A DNA stretch of 63,350 bases, filler included, from Octopus bimaculoides (lineage: Eukaryota), in the NCBI RefSeq assembly GCF_001194135.2. It is 6 parts of 6 records of this genome, joined end to end, with 100 filler letters (N's around TTAATTAATTAA, not from the genome) between each part and the next. Parts side by side here need not be neighbours in the genome. Positions count along the whole stretch, not along the records: positions 1 to 28,606 come from NC_069008.1; positions 28,707 to 35,265 come from NC_068985.1; positions 35,366 to 57,775 come from NC_068997.1; 3 more parts are not named here. One strand, 5' to 3'. Made by a program: the position numbers and the translations under genes. The notes beneath the pieces were generated by a model. It saw only the letters and a list, made by a program, of their open reading frames with translations, made no database searches and was not told where the DNA came from. Of the stretch, positions 26,298 through 38,520 are shown in pieces; positions within the stretch are counted from its first letter, which is position 1; each line of letters opens with the position of its first letter.

Positions 26298-27024
26298 NNN
26301 NNNNNNNCAAGCGAAAGCGAAATTGTGATGGCACCTGTGCCCAGCGTTGCCTTTCTGGCACTTGTGCCCGCGGCATGTGTAAGGACTTTCGAGCGAGATC
26401 GTTGCCAGTGCCCCTGGACTGGCTCTTGTGCGGGTGGCACGTAAAATACACCATTTTGAGTGTGGCCGTTGCCAGTACCGCCTGACTGGCCTTCGTGCCG
26501 GTGGCACGTAAAAGCACCCACTACACTCTCTGAGTGGTTGGCGTTAGGAAGGGCACCCAGCTGTAGAAACTCTGCCAAATCAGATTGGAGCCTGGTGTAG
26601 CCATCTGGTTGCACCAGTCCTCAGTCAAATCGTCCAACCCATGCTAGCATGGAAAGCGGACGTTAAACGACGATGATAATGATGATGATGATTTAACATC
26701 ATCACTGAAAAAAACCATGAAATTTAGTTCCACACTTAAAGGGTGAAGAGTATCCAAAATTAGTTATTCCTCAAATGAAAAGAAATCAGTGCATTTTGAA
26801 TCTGAGAGTCCCCTTTCCATGTGTGCAATAAAACTCTTTCATTCCTTCTTGTCAAAGACAGGGCACACACTCATCCTGTCAGTAAAGTTTAGTCCTATTC
26901 CTGTTCTTCTTTAACCCTTTTACTTTGGAAATCAGATCTATTCATTCAAAATTTTATGACCTTTAACTGCAGAAAGCAGATTTATGTACCAAGTTTATTT
27001 TTTGTTCAGAAATGTCAAGTTTCT

Positions 27025-27280
27025 GGAGGCGCGTGGTTTAGTGGTTAGGGTGTCAGCATCATGATCGTAAGATTGTGGTTTCAATTCCTGGACGAGGTGA
27101 CGCATTGTGTTCTTGAGCAAAACACTTCATTTCACATTGCTCCAGTCCACTCAGCTGGCAAAAATGAGTAACGCTGCGACGGACTGGTGTCCCGTCCAGA
27201 TGGGGAACACATACGCTATTGGAACCGGGAAACCGAGCCCATGATCCTGGCTAGGCCTTAAAAGGGCGCATTTATTTTTT
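27025..27280 (+). mobile_element. tRNA-derived SINE, family B, full length with target-site duplication
   Basis: A and B boxes; 12-bp TSD AATGTCAAGTTT at 27011-27022 and 27283-27294; lies in the chitin synthase intron. Confidence 0.9.
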
Positions 27281-27510
27281 ATAATGTCAAGTTTATAGAA
27301 ACAATGTGACTTACAGAAAATACCAATTCTATTTTTTGGTACATATTTAACATCTTTACATGAAATTTAATTTCTCAGTTAAAAGGTTAAAGCACTTTGG
27401 AACAAAGGGTTTCTATAGTAGAATCAAAGCTAGACTGAAATGAGTTGGTATCAAAAGGGTTGAATATGCTACATAAAAAGCATTCATGTGGGTCCTGGTA
27501 CCTCAGAGAA

Positions 27511-27582
27511 AGCACTGGTGCTGGTGCCACATAAAAAGCACTGGTGCTGGTGCCACATAAAAAGCACTGGTGCTGGTGCCAC
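27511..27582. repeat. 26-bp tandem repeat, ~2.8 copies
   Basis: AGCACTGGTGCTGGTGCCACATAAAA; resembles the family D module end GTGCTGGTGGCACGTAAAAAGCAC. Confidence 0.9.
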
Positions 27583-27629
27583 TTATTATTTCGATGTTTT
27601 ATGGCATCTGTATTTTTATACAATATCAT

Positions 27630-28199
27630 CATCTTTTTTCTTTCCTTCTTTGACTCTTTCTTTTCTCCTTCTTTCCTTCTTTCTTTCTTCCTTTCTTTCC
27701 TTCTTTGACTCTTTCTTTTCTCCTTCTTCCCTTTCTTTTTCCTTCTTTCTTTCTTCCTTCCTTCTTCCCTTTCTTTTTCCTTCCTTCCTTTCTTTTTTCT
27801 TTCCTTCTTTTTCCTTCCTTCCCTTCTTTGACTCTTTCTTTTCTCCTTCTTCCCTTCCTTCTTTCTTTCTTCCTTCCTTTCTTTTTTCTTTCCTTCTTTG
27901 ACTCTTTCTTTTCTCCTTCTTTCCTTCTTTGACTCGTTCTTTTCTCCTTCTTCCCTTTCTTTTTCCTTCCTTTCTTTTTTCTTTCCTTCTTTGACTCTTT
28001 CTTTTCTCCTTCTTCCCTTCCTTCTTCCTTTCTTTTTTCTTTCCTTCTTTGACTCTTTCTTTTTCCTTCCTTCTTTCTTTCTTTCTTCCTTCCCTTCTTT
28101 GACTCTTTCTTTTCTCCTTCTTCCTTTCTTTTTCCTTCATTCTTTCTTCCTTCCTTCCTTTCTTTTTTCCTTCCTTCTTTGACTCTTTCATTTCTCCTT
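27630..28199 (+). repeat. CT-rich compound repeat with nine TTTGACTC-containing modules
   Basis: CCTTCTTTGACTCTTTCTTTTCTCCTTC modules separated by variable (CTT/CTTT/CCTT)n. Confidence 0.9.
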
Positions 28200-28231
28200 C
28201 TAACAATGTGTTTCCTTTCTTTTTCTTTCAG

Positions 28232-28477
28232 ATTGTACTGACCAGTCTACTGGAATCGACTGGGATGTGTATCTTCGTTTTTGGTTCCCTTGGTGATGAA
28301 GAGGCTTTGTTCAGTGTAATTTTCATGAAAATGATATTCTTCATCACAACAGCATACAACCTCTATCGGTGCCTCAGCATCGGCTTCTCAAGAGTCAAGA
28401 AATGGTCCATACTCTTCCTCATTACACTGTTCTTTGAACTCAGTGGAATTGCCTTGGCTTTCTATAGCCATGCAAAT
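28232..28477 (+). CDS. chs: Chitin synthase-like gene, next coding exon
   Basis: CTAAC at 28200-28204, polypyrimidine tract and CAG acceptor (AG 28230-28231); 246 nt, phase 0, joins in frame: PWPDNIGLAI|IVLTSLLESTGMCIFVFGSLGDEEALFSVIFMKMIFF...LFFELSGIALAFYSHAN; donor AAT|GTATGT at 28478. The LLE..G.C.FVF pattern after PWP is typical of chitin synthase. Catalytic GT2 exons (EDR, QRRRW) are not in the window. Confidence 0.8.
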
Positions 28478-28551
28478 GTATGTGGTGCTAATTATTATTT
28501 CTTTCTCTGTGTGTATGCATGTGTGCGTGCACGTGTCCACACCACACACAA

Positions 28552-28606
<55 letters not shown>

Positions 28607-28706
28607 NNNNNNNNNNNNNNNNNNNNNNNNNNNNNNNNNNNNNNNNNNNNTTAATTAATTAANNNNNNNNNNNNNNNNNNNNNNNNNNNNNNNNNNNNNN
28701 NNNNNN
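28607..28706. other. Artificial scaffold-joining spacer
   Basis: 44 N + TTAATTAATTAA (28651-28662) + 44 N. Confidence 0.95.
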
Positions 28707-28761
<55 letters not shown>

Positions 28762-29017
28762 TGTTTGTATCTGCGCTTGCTGCCTACCCCATCATCGCTT
28801 GAAAAGCGATGTTTGTGTGTTTACGTCCGCGTAACTTAGCAGTTCAGCAAAAGAGACCGATAGAATAAGTACTAGGTTTGGCCGCATTCAAGAATCTATG
28901 ATGTCTACCTATCTACATATATACATACATACATACATACATACATATATTCATACATAAATGCATACACACATACATGCACATACATAAATACGTGCAT
29001 ACATATGTATGTACGTA

Positions 29018-29074
<57 letters not shown>

Positions 29075-29548
29075 AGTAAACTTTAGAATAGTTCAAATAA
29101 TTTTGGGACATAATTGACCTGTACAAACATTTTTACTCCGATTTTGATATCTGAATCTGAGAAGAGCACTAAGACCTCAAAAAGCATCTACTGGTCCATA
29201 TGGGGCGCTACGAACATTTTATAATGTGTTCAGACCTATTGTCTATAGCGAGTATTTCTTCCATGGGAAAACGCAATGGAAAAAATAGTAATCAATTTTG
29301 GGGGGACACCCGAACTGATTTTGCCGACTTTACACAACCCGACTTCTACTTATTTAATCCAAACCTGGTGAGATTTTAACGACGAATTTATTCAATGAAA
29401 TATCGAAGCTGTAACGATTTTGTTGATCACCCACCTTTAAAATGCTTTGGTTTACTAATTCTGCCATTTTACGACGTTTACAGTAACACTGCTAATAATT
29501 TGTTAATATAATAAAACGTGCCATGTTCTGTTTTGCTTCTGTTTGCAG

Positions 29549-29834
29549 GTATTACTTCAACAAAAAGGAGATTAAATGTAAGCCATTCAAGTACACTGGA
29601 GTAGGAGGGAACAGTAATAACTTTCCCAGTATCGGAAAATGTCAAAATACATGCATGAGTGTTTGTAAACTACCATCTGAAGTTGGCACATGTCGTGGTT
29701 ATTTTCCACGTTTTTACTACAATTATAAAAGGCGCAGATGCATGAGATTCATTTATGGAGGGTGTGGAGGAAACAGAAATAATTTCCACACTATCCGGGA
29801 TTGTAATAAGACATGCCGGAATTTTAGACGTTAA
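29549..29834 (+). CDS. Terminal exon of a multi-domain Kunitz/BPTI protein (end of one domain plus one complete domain)
   Basis: TTTGCAG acceptor (AG 29547-29548), phase 2; [35 protein letters not shown] then [56 protein letters not shown]-stop, with canonical six-Cys spacing and [13 protein letters not shown] signature. AATAAA at 30153-30158 is a possible poly(A) signal. Upstream exon not identified. Confidence 0.92.
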
Positions 29835-31579
29835 AATATTTCCAGTTACAGTGATGTGGCATTGAATCAAAATTCAGCAGAAGGGACGCTTGATTTTCTT
29901 ACTGAAATTTATCTTTAAGCATAGAAAAGAAATAGTTAAAATTAAATCAAAATCCAACAAATTCTCCTCAATGTATGTCAGCGACATGTATCTCAGATAC
30001 ATCTAAAATATGTCAACGACAAATCTTGTTCAAGGCTGTTGCTAACAGAGACAGTTTACTTTATATTTTCAAATGTAGTTCGAATAACACGGAAAAGAGT
30101 AATCTCCCTTCCCTGCTTCGGACATAGTTAAAGTAAAATGACATTTTAGATGAATAAAATATATTTGTAAATCATGAAGTACTGTTTAATTTTCTATATC
30201 TTTAATTCTTTATATTTTTTTGTATATAATAAATAGTAAATCATATATAATATCTATATAATACAAAATGGGACAAGAACGCAAAACATCCAGACAGTTA
30301 GGTGATACAAGAAGNNNNNNNNNNNNNNNNNNNNNNNNNNNNNNNNNNNNNNNNNNNNNNNNNNNNNNNNNNNNNNNNNNNNNNNNNNNNNNNNNNNNNN
30401 NNNNNAAAAACCGAACAATGTTACACAAATGCAATAAAAATAATAACAGGACATAGCAATAGATGTCTTTCAACTAAGGACGAATTAAATTAAGCTGGCG
30501 TGTGTGGAAATAAAGCCTTACAGCAGGGATACAAGGCACAAGGAGGAATATCAATGTTGCACGCACAACGGCCGGTCAAGAAAGAAAGATCAGGCTTGTC
30601 CGAACGCCGGTCACATGGGAAGAGAAGAGAGAGAGGTAGAGGCAGAGGGACAAAAGAATTAAGAGAAACGACAGGGACACAGTGAAGTGAAAAGTGGAGG
30701 GAAAGTGAGCAAGAAGAGAAAGTAAGGAAATATGAGCGAGGGGGAACGAAAGAACGAACAGTGGAATGAACGAATAAGGGTGAAAGGGCTGATAGACATA
30801 AACAGAGTCGTACAAGATTTAGAAAAATGTATACTTACATATAAGAGACATACCAACAGTGCAAATAACATGAAATACGTAAACAAACGAGTTAAATATG
30901 TAAACAACGAGAAAAACAGGACAAGTAAACACAGAGAAAGGGCCATTCATCAGTTGTCAGCTGTCTATCTACTCTTCATTTTCAGCATTCAACGACAATA
31001 TAAGTCTTCAAAGAGAATTGTTCTCATAAATTCTACGATAAAATTTAGGATTTATGGAGGGTTAAAGTTGGGAACAAAAGCGTAACAGTGGAGACATACA
31101 AGGAAACCGAGCGAAAACAAACATGGAGGGTCGTTAGACCAGAACGGGAAGAAAATAGCGAATGCTGTGAGAAACATTTTTTTGAAAAAAGAAAAGATAG
31201 AAGAGACAGAGAGAGAAAAAGAACACGTCCGTTCTTTTGAAAGTCCGTGCAGGAAAAGAAAGATGGACGATGATCACGTGTGAGCAACAAGAGAGAGAGA
31301 GAGTTAAAGAGAAAGAGGGGAGAGAGAGTGAAAGAGAAAGAGTGGGGAGCGAATAAAAGATAAAGAGGGGAGAGAGAGTGAAAGAGAAAGCGGGGAGAGA
31401 GAGAGTAAAAGAGAAAGAAGGGAGAGAGCGCGAGAGAGACAGATAGAAAACGGTGAAGGAGGGAGGGGGAGAAAAGGGGAATTATATATACCCGCGAAAG
31501 CACGCACACATGCTCATATATATATGTCTCGGGGCTAGCAGTTGAATACAAGTACAAGAGACTGACTTTCTACAGAAAT

Positions 31580-32810
31580 CCATTAATAGGTATATTCAAA
31601 AGAAGCGTTGAAAGCAGAATTGTTATACCAAATTATCTTGCTACAGCATAGACGAATCTTGTAGCCAAGGATGAAACAACCGAGTTGATAGAAAACTATA
31701 GGCTTGTCTAAATATTATGTACAAGTTTTACAGCCAATTCCTCCACGATTATTCTGAGTCCAACAACATAGTAACTGGAGAACAGACAGGTGGGAAGAAG
31801 AGTGTTGGAATGTACCGAATATTTTTTGATAAATAAAAGCTGTATTGTCTGAAATAAGAAAACACCACAGAAACCTTGTGACAGTATGGCTTGATTATAG
31901 GAAAACATTCGACTCTTTTCCCTACTCATGGTTGCTGAAGTCCCTGTACTTGGCAAAGCACCTACTACCTTAGTTGATGCCATTGAAGGCAAAAAACAAA
32001 AGACCTGCACAACAGTCTTCATACTTACAACTGAGAGTGGAACGATCGTCTCCTTTGTTATAAATATTTCAAAGGAAATATTCAAACGAAATTGCCTTTC
32101 AGTAACTTTGGTTATTTTGGCATTGACTCCGTTAGCCTTTCTGTTACAAAAATCCAGTGGTTACATGTTATGGTCTGTAAGTACTAAAGTATCATTGCAA
32201 CCTACAATTCCATTGTGAATAACATGGAAATCAACGCTAAGAATGCAGACGATGCCAAAGAAGCAATTTGGGTTAATAACAATATTTTCAGTTGAGTTGA
32301 CATAGGAGTACAGTTTGGCCGAAAGAAGTGTTTGTATTTAATTACAGAACGTGAGGAATCAGTTCCTCAAACCCAAAGTCTGTGAATCAACGGTCTCCTT
32401 ATCTCTCCCGCTCCACACAAAGATTGCTTCAAATAACTAGATAATGATGAAAATATATCATACAAAGGTGAACAAAAAGTGACCAGAGATGCAGACAAAT
32501 GTGCCTGTCAAAACGCCCTTTGTACAAAAAGACGCTTAACTATTCTGTAGAGGAAATCCACTCCATAGACGTTAGACCTCATATGATCTTGACATCAACT
32601 GGAAATTTCCATAGAAATAGTGACATTGACAGGATTTATCTTATAAGAGATGAAGGTAGTAAAGGCTTAAGATCAGTGCAGACAGCTTAGCGCCTGCTAA
32701 ACAACAGCAGCAAAGCTAAATATATAAGCCAAGTGCTGAGAAACGAAGAGAACATCCTACATGTCGGTACTCTATTTCTGACATCTCATACACAACTCCA
32801 AAACTGATGG
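31580..32810 (+). mobile_element. Decayed R4/Dong-clade non-LTR retrotransposon, reverse transcriptase region
   Basis: Frame-shifted ENYR..CLNIMYKF, HHRNLVTVWLDYRKTFDS..SWLLKSLYLAK, CLSVTLVILALTPL, and post-RT EEIHSIDVR..ILTSTGNFHRNSDIDRIYLIRDEGSKGL. Confidence 0.8.
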
Positions 32811-33725
32811 ACTTATATACCGAAACATATTTAAACTTCATGATGTTCTTTAGATAACCAAACATTAAAATTAACTTTCATGTGTGTGTGTGAGAGAGAG
32901 AGAGAGGGAGAGAGAGGGAGAGAGAGAGAGTGCGTGCGTGTGTGTGTGTGTGACAGAGAGAGAGTGTGTGTGAGTGAGTGAGTGTGTGTGAGAGACAGAC
33001 AGAGAGAGAGAGAGATAGTGTGTGTGTGTGTGTGTGTGNNNNNNNNNNNNNNNNNNNNNNNNNNNNNNNNNNNNNNNNNNNNNNNNNNNNNNNNNNNNNN
33101 NNNNNNNNNNNNNNNNNNNNNNNNNNNNNNNNNNNNNNNNNNNNNNNNNNNNNNNNNNNNNNNNNNNNNNNNNNNNNNNNNNNNNNNNNNNNNNNNNNNN
33201 NNNNNNNNNNNNNNNNNNNNNNNNNNNNNNNNNNNNNNNNNNNNNNNNNNNNNNNNNNNNNNNNNNNNNNNNNNNNNNNNNNNNNNNNNNNNNNNNNNNN
33301 NNNNNNNNNNNNNNNNNNNNNNNNNNNNNNNNNNNNNNNNNNNNNNNNNNNNNNNNNNNNNNNNNNNNNNNNNNNNNNNNNNNNNNNNNNNNNNNNNNNN
33401 NNNNNNNNNNNNNNNNNNNNNNNNNNNNNNNNNNNNNNNNNNNNNNNNNNNNNNNNNNNNNNNNNNNNNNNNNNNNNNNNNNNNNNNNNNNNNNNNNNNN
33501 NNNNNNNNNNNNNNNNNNNNNNNNNNNNNNNNNNNNNNNNNNNNNNNNNNNNNNNNNNNNNNNNNNNNNNNNNNNNNNNNNNNNNNNNNNNNNNNNNNNN
33601 NNNNNNNNNNNNNNNNNNNNNNNNNNNNNNNNNNNNNNNNNNNNNNNNNNNNNNNNNNNNNNNNNNNNNNNNNNNNNNNNNNNNNNNNNNNNNNNNNNNN
33701 NNNNNNNNNNNNNNNNNNNNNNNNN

Positions 33726-34118
33726 TGACTGCGGCCATGCTGGAGCACCGCCTTTAGTCGAGCAAATCGACCCCAGGACTCATTCTTTGTAAGCCTAGTA
33801 TTTATTCTATCGGTCTCTTTTTGCCGAACCGCTAAGTTACGGAGACGTAAACACACCAGCATCAGTTGTCAAGCGATGTTGGTGGGGACAAACATAGACA
33901 CACAAACACACACACACACACACACACGCACATATATACATATACATATATATATGACGGGCTTCTTTCAGTTTCCGTCTACCAAATCCACTCACAAGGC
34001 TTCGGTCGGCCCGAGGCTATAGCAGAAGGCACTTGCCCAAGGTGCCACGCAGTGGGATTGAACCCAGAACAACGTGGTTGGTAAGCAAGCTACTTACCAC
34101 ACAGCCACTCCTGAGCCT
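33726..34118 (-). mobile_element. SINE family C (tRNA-like head, CORE-like ACCTTGGGCAAGT, internal microsatellite, tail), near full length
   Basis: Head GCAGGAGTGGCTGTGTGGTAAG..GGGTTCAATCCC; internal (CA)n/(TA)n; tail ...GCTCCAGCATGGCCGCAGTCA. CORE-SINE affiliation inferred from the short motif only. Confidence 0.85.
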
Positions 34119-34886
34119 GTTTCATTTATTTGATACTATGACATCCAAATATTAACACATACTGCGGTATCAATAACAGGATGTGAAGCGCTGCATTTTC
34201 AGTAAGGCGTCAGCATTTCCAAACAAGTGTTTAGAAAACATCCGCATTCAAAATGCGACTTTGATTTTTCCGGGCTTTCGCAAGTCATGGGAGATAACTC
34301 TTAAAAAATTAGACTAACAAGTACGTAAATGGAGAACGCAATTTAGGCTTAATACGGAAATTCTACAGTTACATAAGAGATTGAAAATATATCAACGTTA
34401 TTAAATTGTAAATATTTCTATAATGTGATATAGGGCATGATTTAGATTTTTGCTCCCGATTTAATTATTTGCCATTATAATAATGGGTTAGGTGGATGCT
34501 GATGAAAGGCAAACGAAATAGGCATATACGCTCGTTAACAATTTTTTATCTTCCATCTCATTGTTTGTTTACATCTGACGTCACGTATAGCATAAATCAG
34601 TGCTGGTTATGATTTCTATAGAATACCTATAGATATAACCTTACTAAATAATGCAGAACGTGCATTGCTAACTCAGTAGAACATAATATTGACTTATATA
34701 AACATTTAATGTATTTTATAGTATATTATGTTTGTTTGACGAAATACCACCTACCTACAAGTCAATGATAATAGCTAATGTTTTTATGTATTATTCTGGC
34801 ACCATTTCATATGTGGTTTTTCTTGCAGCATAAAGCTGCAGCCCTTTGTTCTCTAGGAAATGTTAACAATAATGTGTGTGTGTTGT

Positions 34887-35265
34887 GTTGGCACTCCGTC
34901 GCTTACGACGTCGAGGGTTCCAGTTGATCCGATCAACGGAACAGCCTGCTCGTGAAATTAACGTGCAAGTGGCTGAGCACTCCACAGACACGTGTACCCT
35001 TAACGTGGTTTTCGGGGATATTCAGCGTGACACAGTGTGACAAGGCTGGCCCTTTGAATTACAGGCACAACAGAAACAGGAAGAAAGAATGAGAGAAAAT
35101 TGTGGTGGAAGAGTACAGCAGGGTTCGCAACCATCCCCTCCGGAGCCTCGTGGAGCGTTTAGGTGTTTTTGTTCAATAAACACTCACAACGCCCTGTCTG
35201 GGAATCGAAACCACGATCCTATGACCGCGAGTTCGTTGCCCTAACCACTGGGCCATTGCGCCTCC
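34887..35265 (-). mobile_element. SINE family A, full length
   Basis: Reverse complement of full family A sequence. Confidence 0.9.
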
Positions 35266-35365
35266 NNNNNNNNNNNNNNNNNNNNNNNNNNNNNNNNNNN
35301 NNNNNNNNNTTAATTAATTAANNNNNNNNNNNNNNNNNNNNNNNNNNNNNNNNNNNNNNNNNNNN
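35266..35365. other. Artificial scaffold-joining spacer
   Basis: 44 N + TTAATTAATTAA (35310-35321) + 44 N. Confidence 0.95.
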
Positions 35366-35670
35366 ATATATATATATATAAAACTAAATTGAAACAACAA
35401 AAAAGACAGCAAAGAGTGTTAGCGCAGGTGTGTGTTTATTTCTATGTATTTATATGTGTGTATTCGTGTATGTGTGTATTTGGGTGTGTACGTGTATAGA
35501 TGTAAGCACACGTGTCTGTGTGCACACAAGTGTGTCATGCATGCGTTTATGTAAAGTTACGTATNNNNNNNNNNTTTATACCAAGACAAAACAATATACA
35601 TGATAACACTTCCAATCGATTAAGTAAGATCAGAAGCCACGAGAGCCAGTACCTAGTACTGCATCTGGGC

Positions 35671-35760
<90 letters not shown>

Positions 35761-36000
35761 TGTTATTGAAATCTGTTGTCCGATCTACCTTGTTATAACT
35801 TCTATAAAACTGATTTTGTAGACATATATATATCAACAGAGCATATATACATCAAACAGATCTGCTTATACACAGATTGGCATTCATGCATACATATACA
35901 GAAACACTCATGCGCATATACAAACACGTACTCTCACACACATATATACACATACGTACCTACATACATACACACGTGTGCGTGCGCATAACTCACACTC

Positions 36001-36032
<32 letters not shown>

Positions 36033-36786
36033 NNNNNNNNNNNNNNNNNNNNNNNNNNNNNNNNNNNNNNNNNNNNNNNNNNNNNNNNNNNNNNNNNNNN
36101 NNNNNNNNNNNNNNNNNNNNNNNNNNNNNNNNNNNNNNNNNNNNNNNNNNNNNNNNNNNNNNNNNNNNNNNNNNNNNNNNNNNNNNNNNNNNNNNNNNNN
36201 NNNNNNNNNNNNNNNNNNNNNNNNNNNNNNNNNNNNNNNNNNNNNNNNNNNNNNNNNNNNNNNNAAAGTTACGTATGTATGTATTTGTAGATGTATATCT
36301 GCTCGTATATGCGAATGCGTAATTCAAGTGTATTTAAATTCGTTTGTGTGCATGTATGCATGTATTTATGTATGCACGTATGCATGTATTTATGAATGTA
36401 TGTACTTATGCATGTATTTAAGTATGACTGTATGAATGTGTGTATGAATGTATGTATTTGTGTACATATGTATGTATGTATTTATATATGTATTGATGTA
36501 TTTATGTATCTATGTTTGTATGTGTTTTTGTATGTATGTGTGTATTCATGCATGCATGCATGTATGTATGCATTTATGTATGAATGTATGAAAGCGTCTA
36601 TGTATGTATGTATATGTGTAAATGTTTCTATTTTAACAAATCTCAAGTGTCATTACGTTTTAATTTCCGTTAAGAGATGGTTCTGAGTTTAGTTTTTTTC
36701 TAAATAAAATAAAGTAAAATAAAGTAAAATAAAATAAAAGAATCATGAAGAAAAAAACGAAAGAATTCAGAGAGAGTGAAAGAGAG

Positions 36787-36841
<55 letters not shown>

Positions 36842-37849
36842 AAAAAGAATAAAAAAGGAGATTGAGAAGGAAATAATGAGAGAGGAAAACAGTAAATGAA
36901 AAAGCAGGTAAGAGCCATGTTGAATTTCTAAAATATCTTCTGTCGTGGCAAATGGAAAGAATAACAGAAGAAGCAACGCATTTGTTTTTTTCATTTATTT
37001 TTTTAAGCATCCCCGCCCCCAACCGTTTTATTAATTTTCGAGAAATAATTTTAAAATCTTTCGAATGACACAGTTATAAAAGACGGAAGTTGTAAATTCC
37101 AGCTAGCAAAACAGTAACTCTTTGGGGGATAAACTGCAACAATGTTGCTAACCAACAATGATAATTAGATATAGACTATAGAACTGTTTGATATAAACTT
37201 TACTTTTTATTTTAAGATTTCAGAAACTTTGCAGAAGTACTCTTAATATTTCTAGAATTATAAGAACTTCTCTTGTGCCACTGTAATACGTCTTTTGTAT
37301 TTCTGTTGCCAGTTCTCTCTATTTGGAATTTTTCAGTATTTTTTACATTGATGTTATTGTCTGCTGGCGTGTCACTTTTTAAGTGTACAATACCGGGATA
37401 CCTTGTCTTGTTATAAGGATATCAGCACAGCTCACTGCTATTACTTTATTTGTATATCCAAGAAAACCAGTTTTTTTCCCTTCATATCATTCAGCCATGT
37501 TTGCACTATTGCTTTTTCCTGCAGAATTAGATAATTATCTTGTCCTGTATCTTAAGATATTCTGATGGGATCACCAGGAGACATACAACAAAGACCTTTG
37601 TTGTATAGTCTGTGATCTCGTCAAAACAACAACACACGATCTGTTGGGATTTTATACTTTGCTTCAGTATTTCCATTCAGATCGCACCATCACAGGATGG
37701 AGCTCTTTCTATCCCACTCTCAATAAATATGGTGTCCTTCAGAGTTCAATTTCCCCCGTACTCTCTTCCTTCAATATATCAGATCCCAAAAGGACCAAAC
37801 TTATGTAAATGACTCGACTTTTCATTCCTCCCTAGCTTCCCCCAAGCAT

Positions 37850-38520
37850 GCACCATCCACCACACACCAAATATGCATTGATTCCATAACCGGAGACATG
37901 GAGAACATGCTCAAGTGACGCCATGACAACTTTGTCTCTTTTAACAGCAAAAAGCTCAACACTACTCATATCAAGAAAATACCACCGCCCCACATTTCCT
38001 TTAAAAATGAGCGACACGTAACTAGAGCCCTCTCAGTCACTCCAAACACTGAGACTCACGATTTTTCCGAGCGAAATTACATCCTTAACATGGCTAGAAT
38101 CACATACTCCCGCACACCACAAAAGAAAAAAAGGGAAAAAAAGAAAAAAAGAAAAAGATTCCTTAGATTATCGCTTCTCTTCAAGGCCACAATAGATTTA
38201 GTTTCTAACTGCTGCTGATGATTTACAAAATTCAAGTGAGGCACACAATAGAGTACTGCTCCCACATCTGAGACGGTGCTGCTGCTACGCACACAGATAT
38301 TTTGTGTTGCATCTAGAGAAGGTCACTCGGCTGATTGGCACGTACCACCCTCAAATCCACAGACCTGTGGTTTCCTCTGTCTTTTCTATCGTTAGTATAA
38401 TTGCCTCTGGCCCACGTAGCTGGTTAGTCTCGTTACCTTCCACATCTCAGTGTCCCCAACCCACTCAAGTTTCCCTTTCTCTTCACCTTTGTTTCATCCA
38501 AATTTCCACGGCTCCACACT
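37850..38520 (+). mobile_element. Decayed CR1/Jockey-type LINE, post-RT region
   Basis: NFVSFNSKK, LLMIYKIQVRHTIEYCSHI.DGAAAT..RRVTRLIG, SLSLFYR-like segment. Confidence 0.55.

Noticed and set aside
25926-26692. Tandem duplication of a family D element (also 15919-16058)
   Set aside because: Identical sequence on both sides of a 10-N gap indicates unmerged contig overlap.
28232-29834. Chitin synthase-Kunitz fusion or nested gene
   Set aside because: An artificial spacer (28607-28706) separates the exons, so adjacency is not biological evidence.
34560-34600. CRE (TGACGTCA) and forkhead motif as an enhancer
   Set aside because: Isolated short motifs with no gene context, in what may be transposon-derived sequence.
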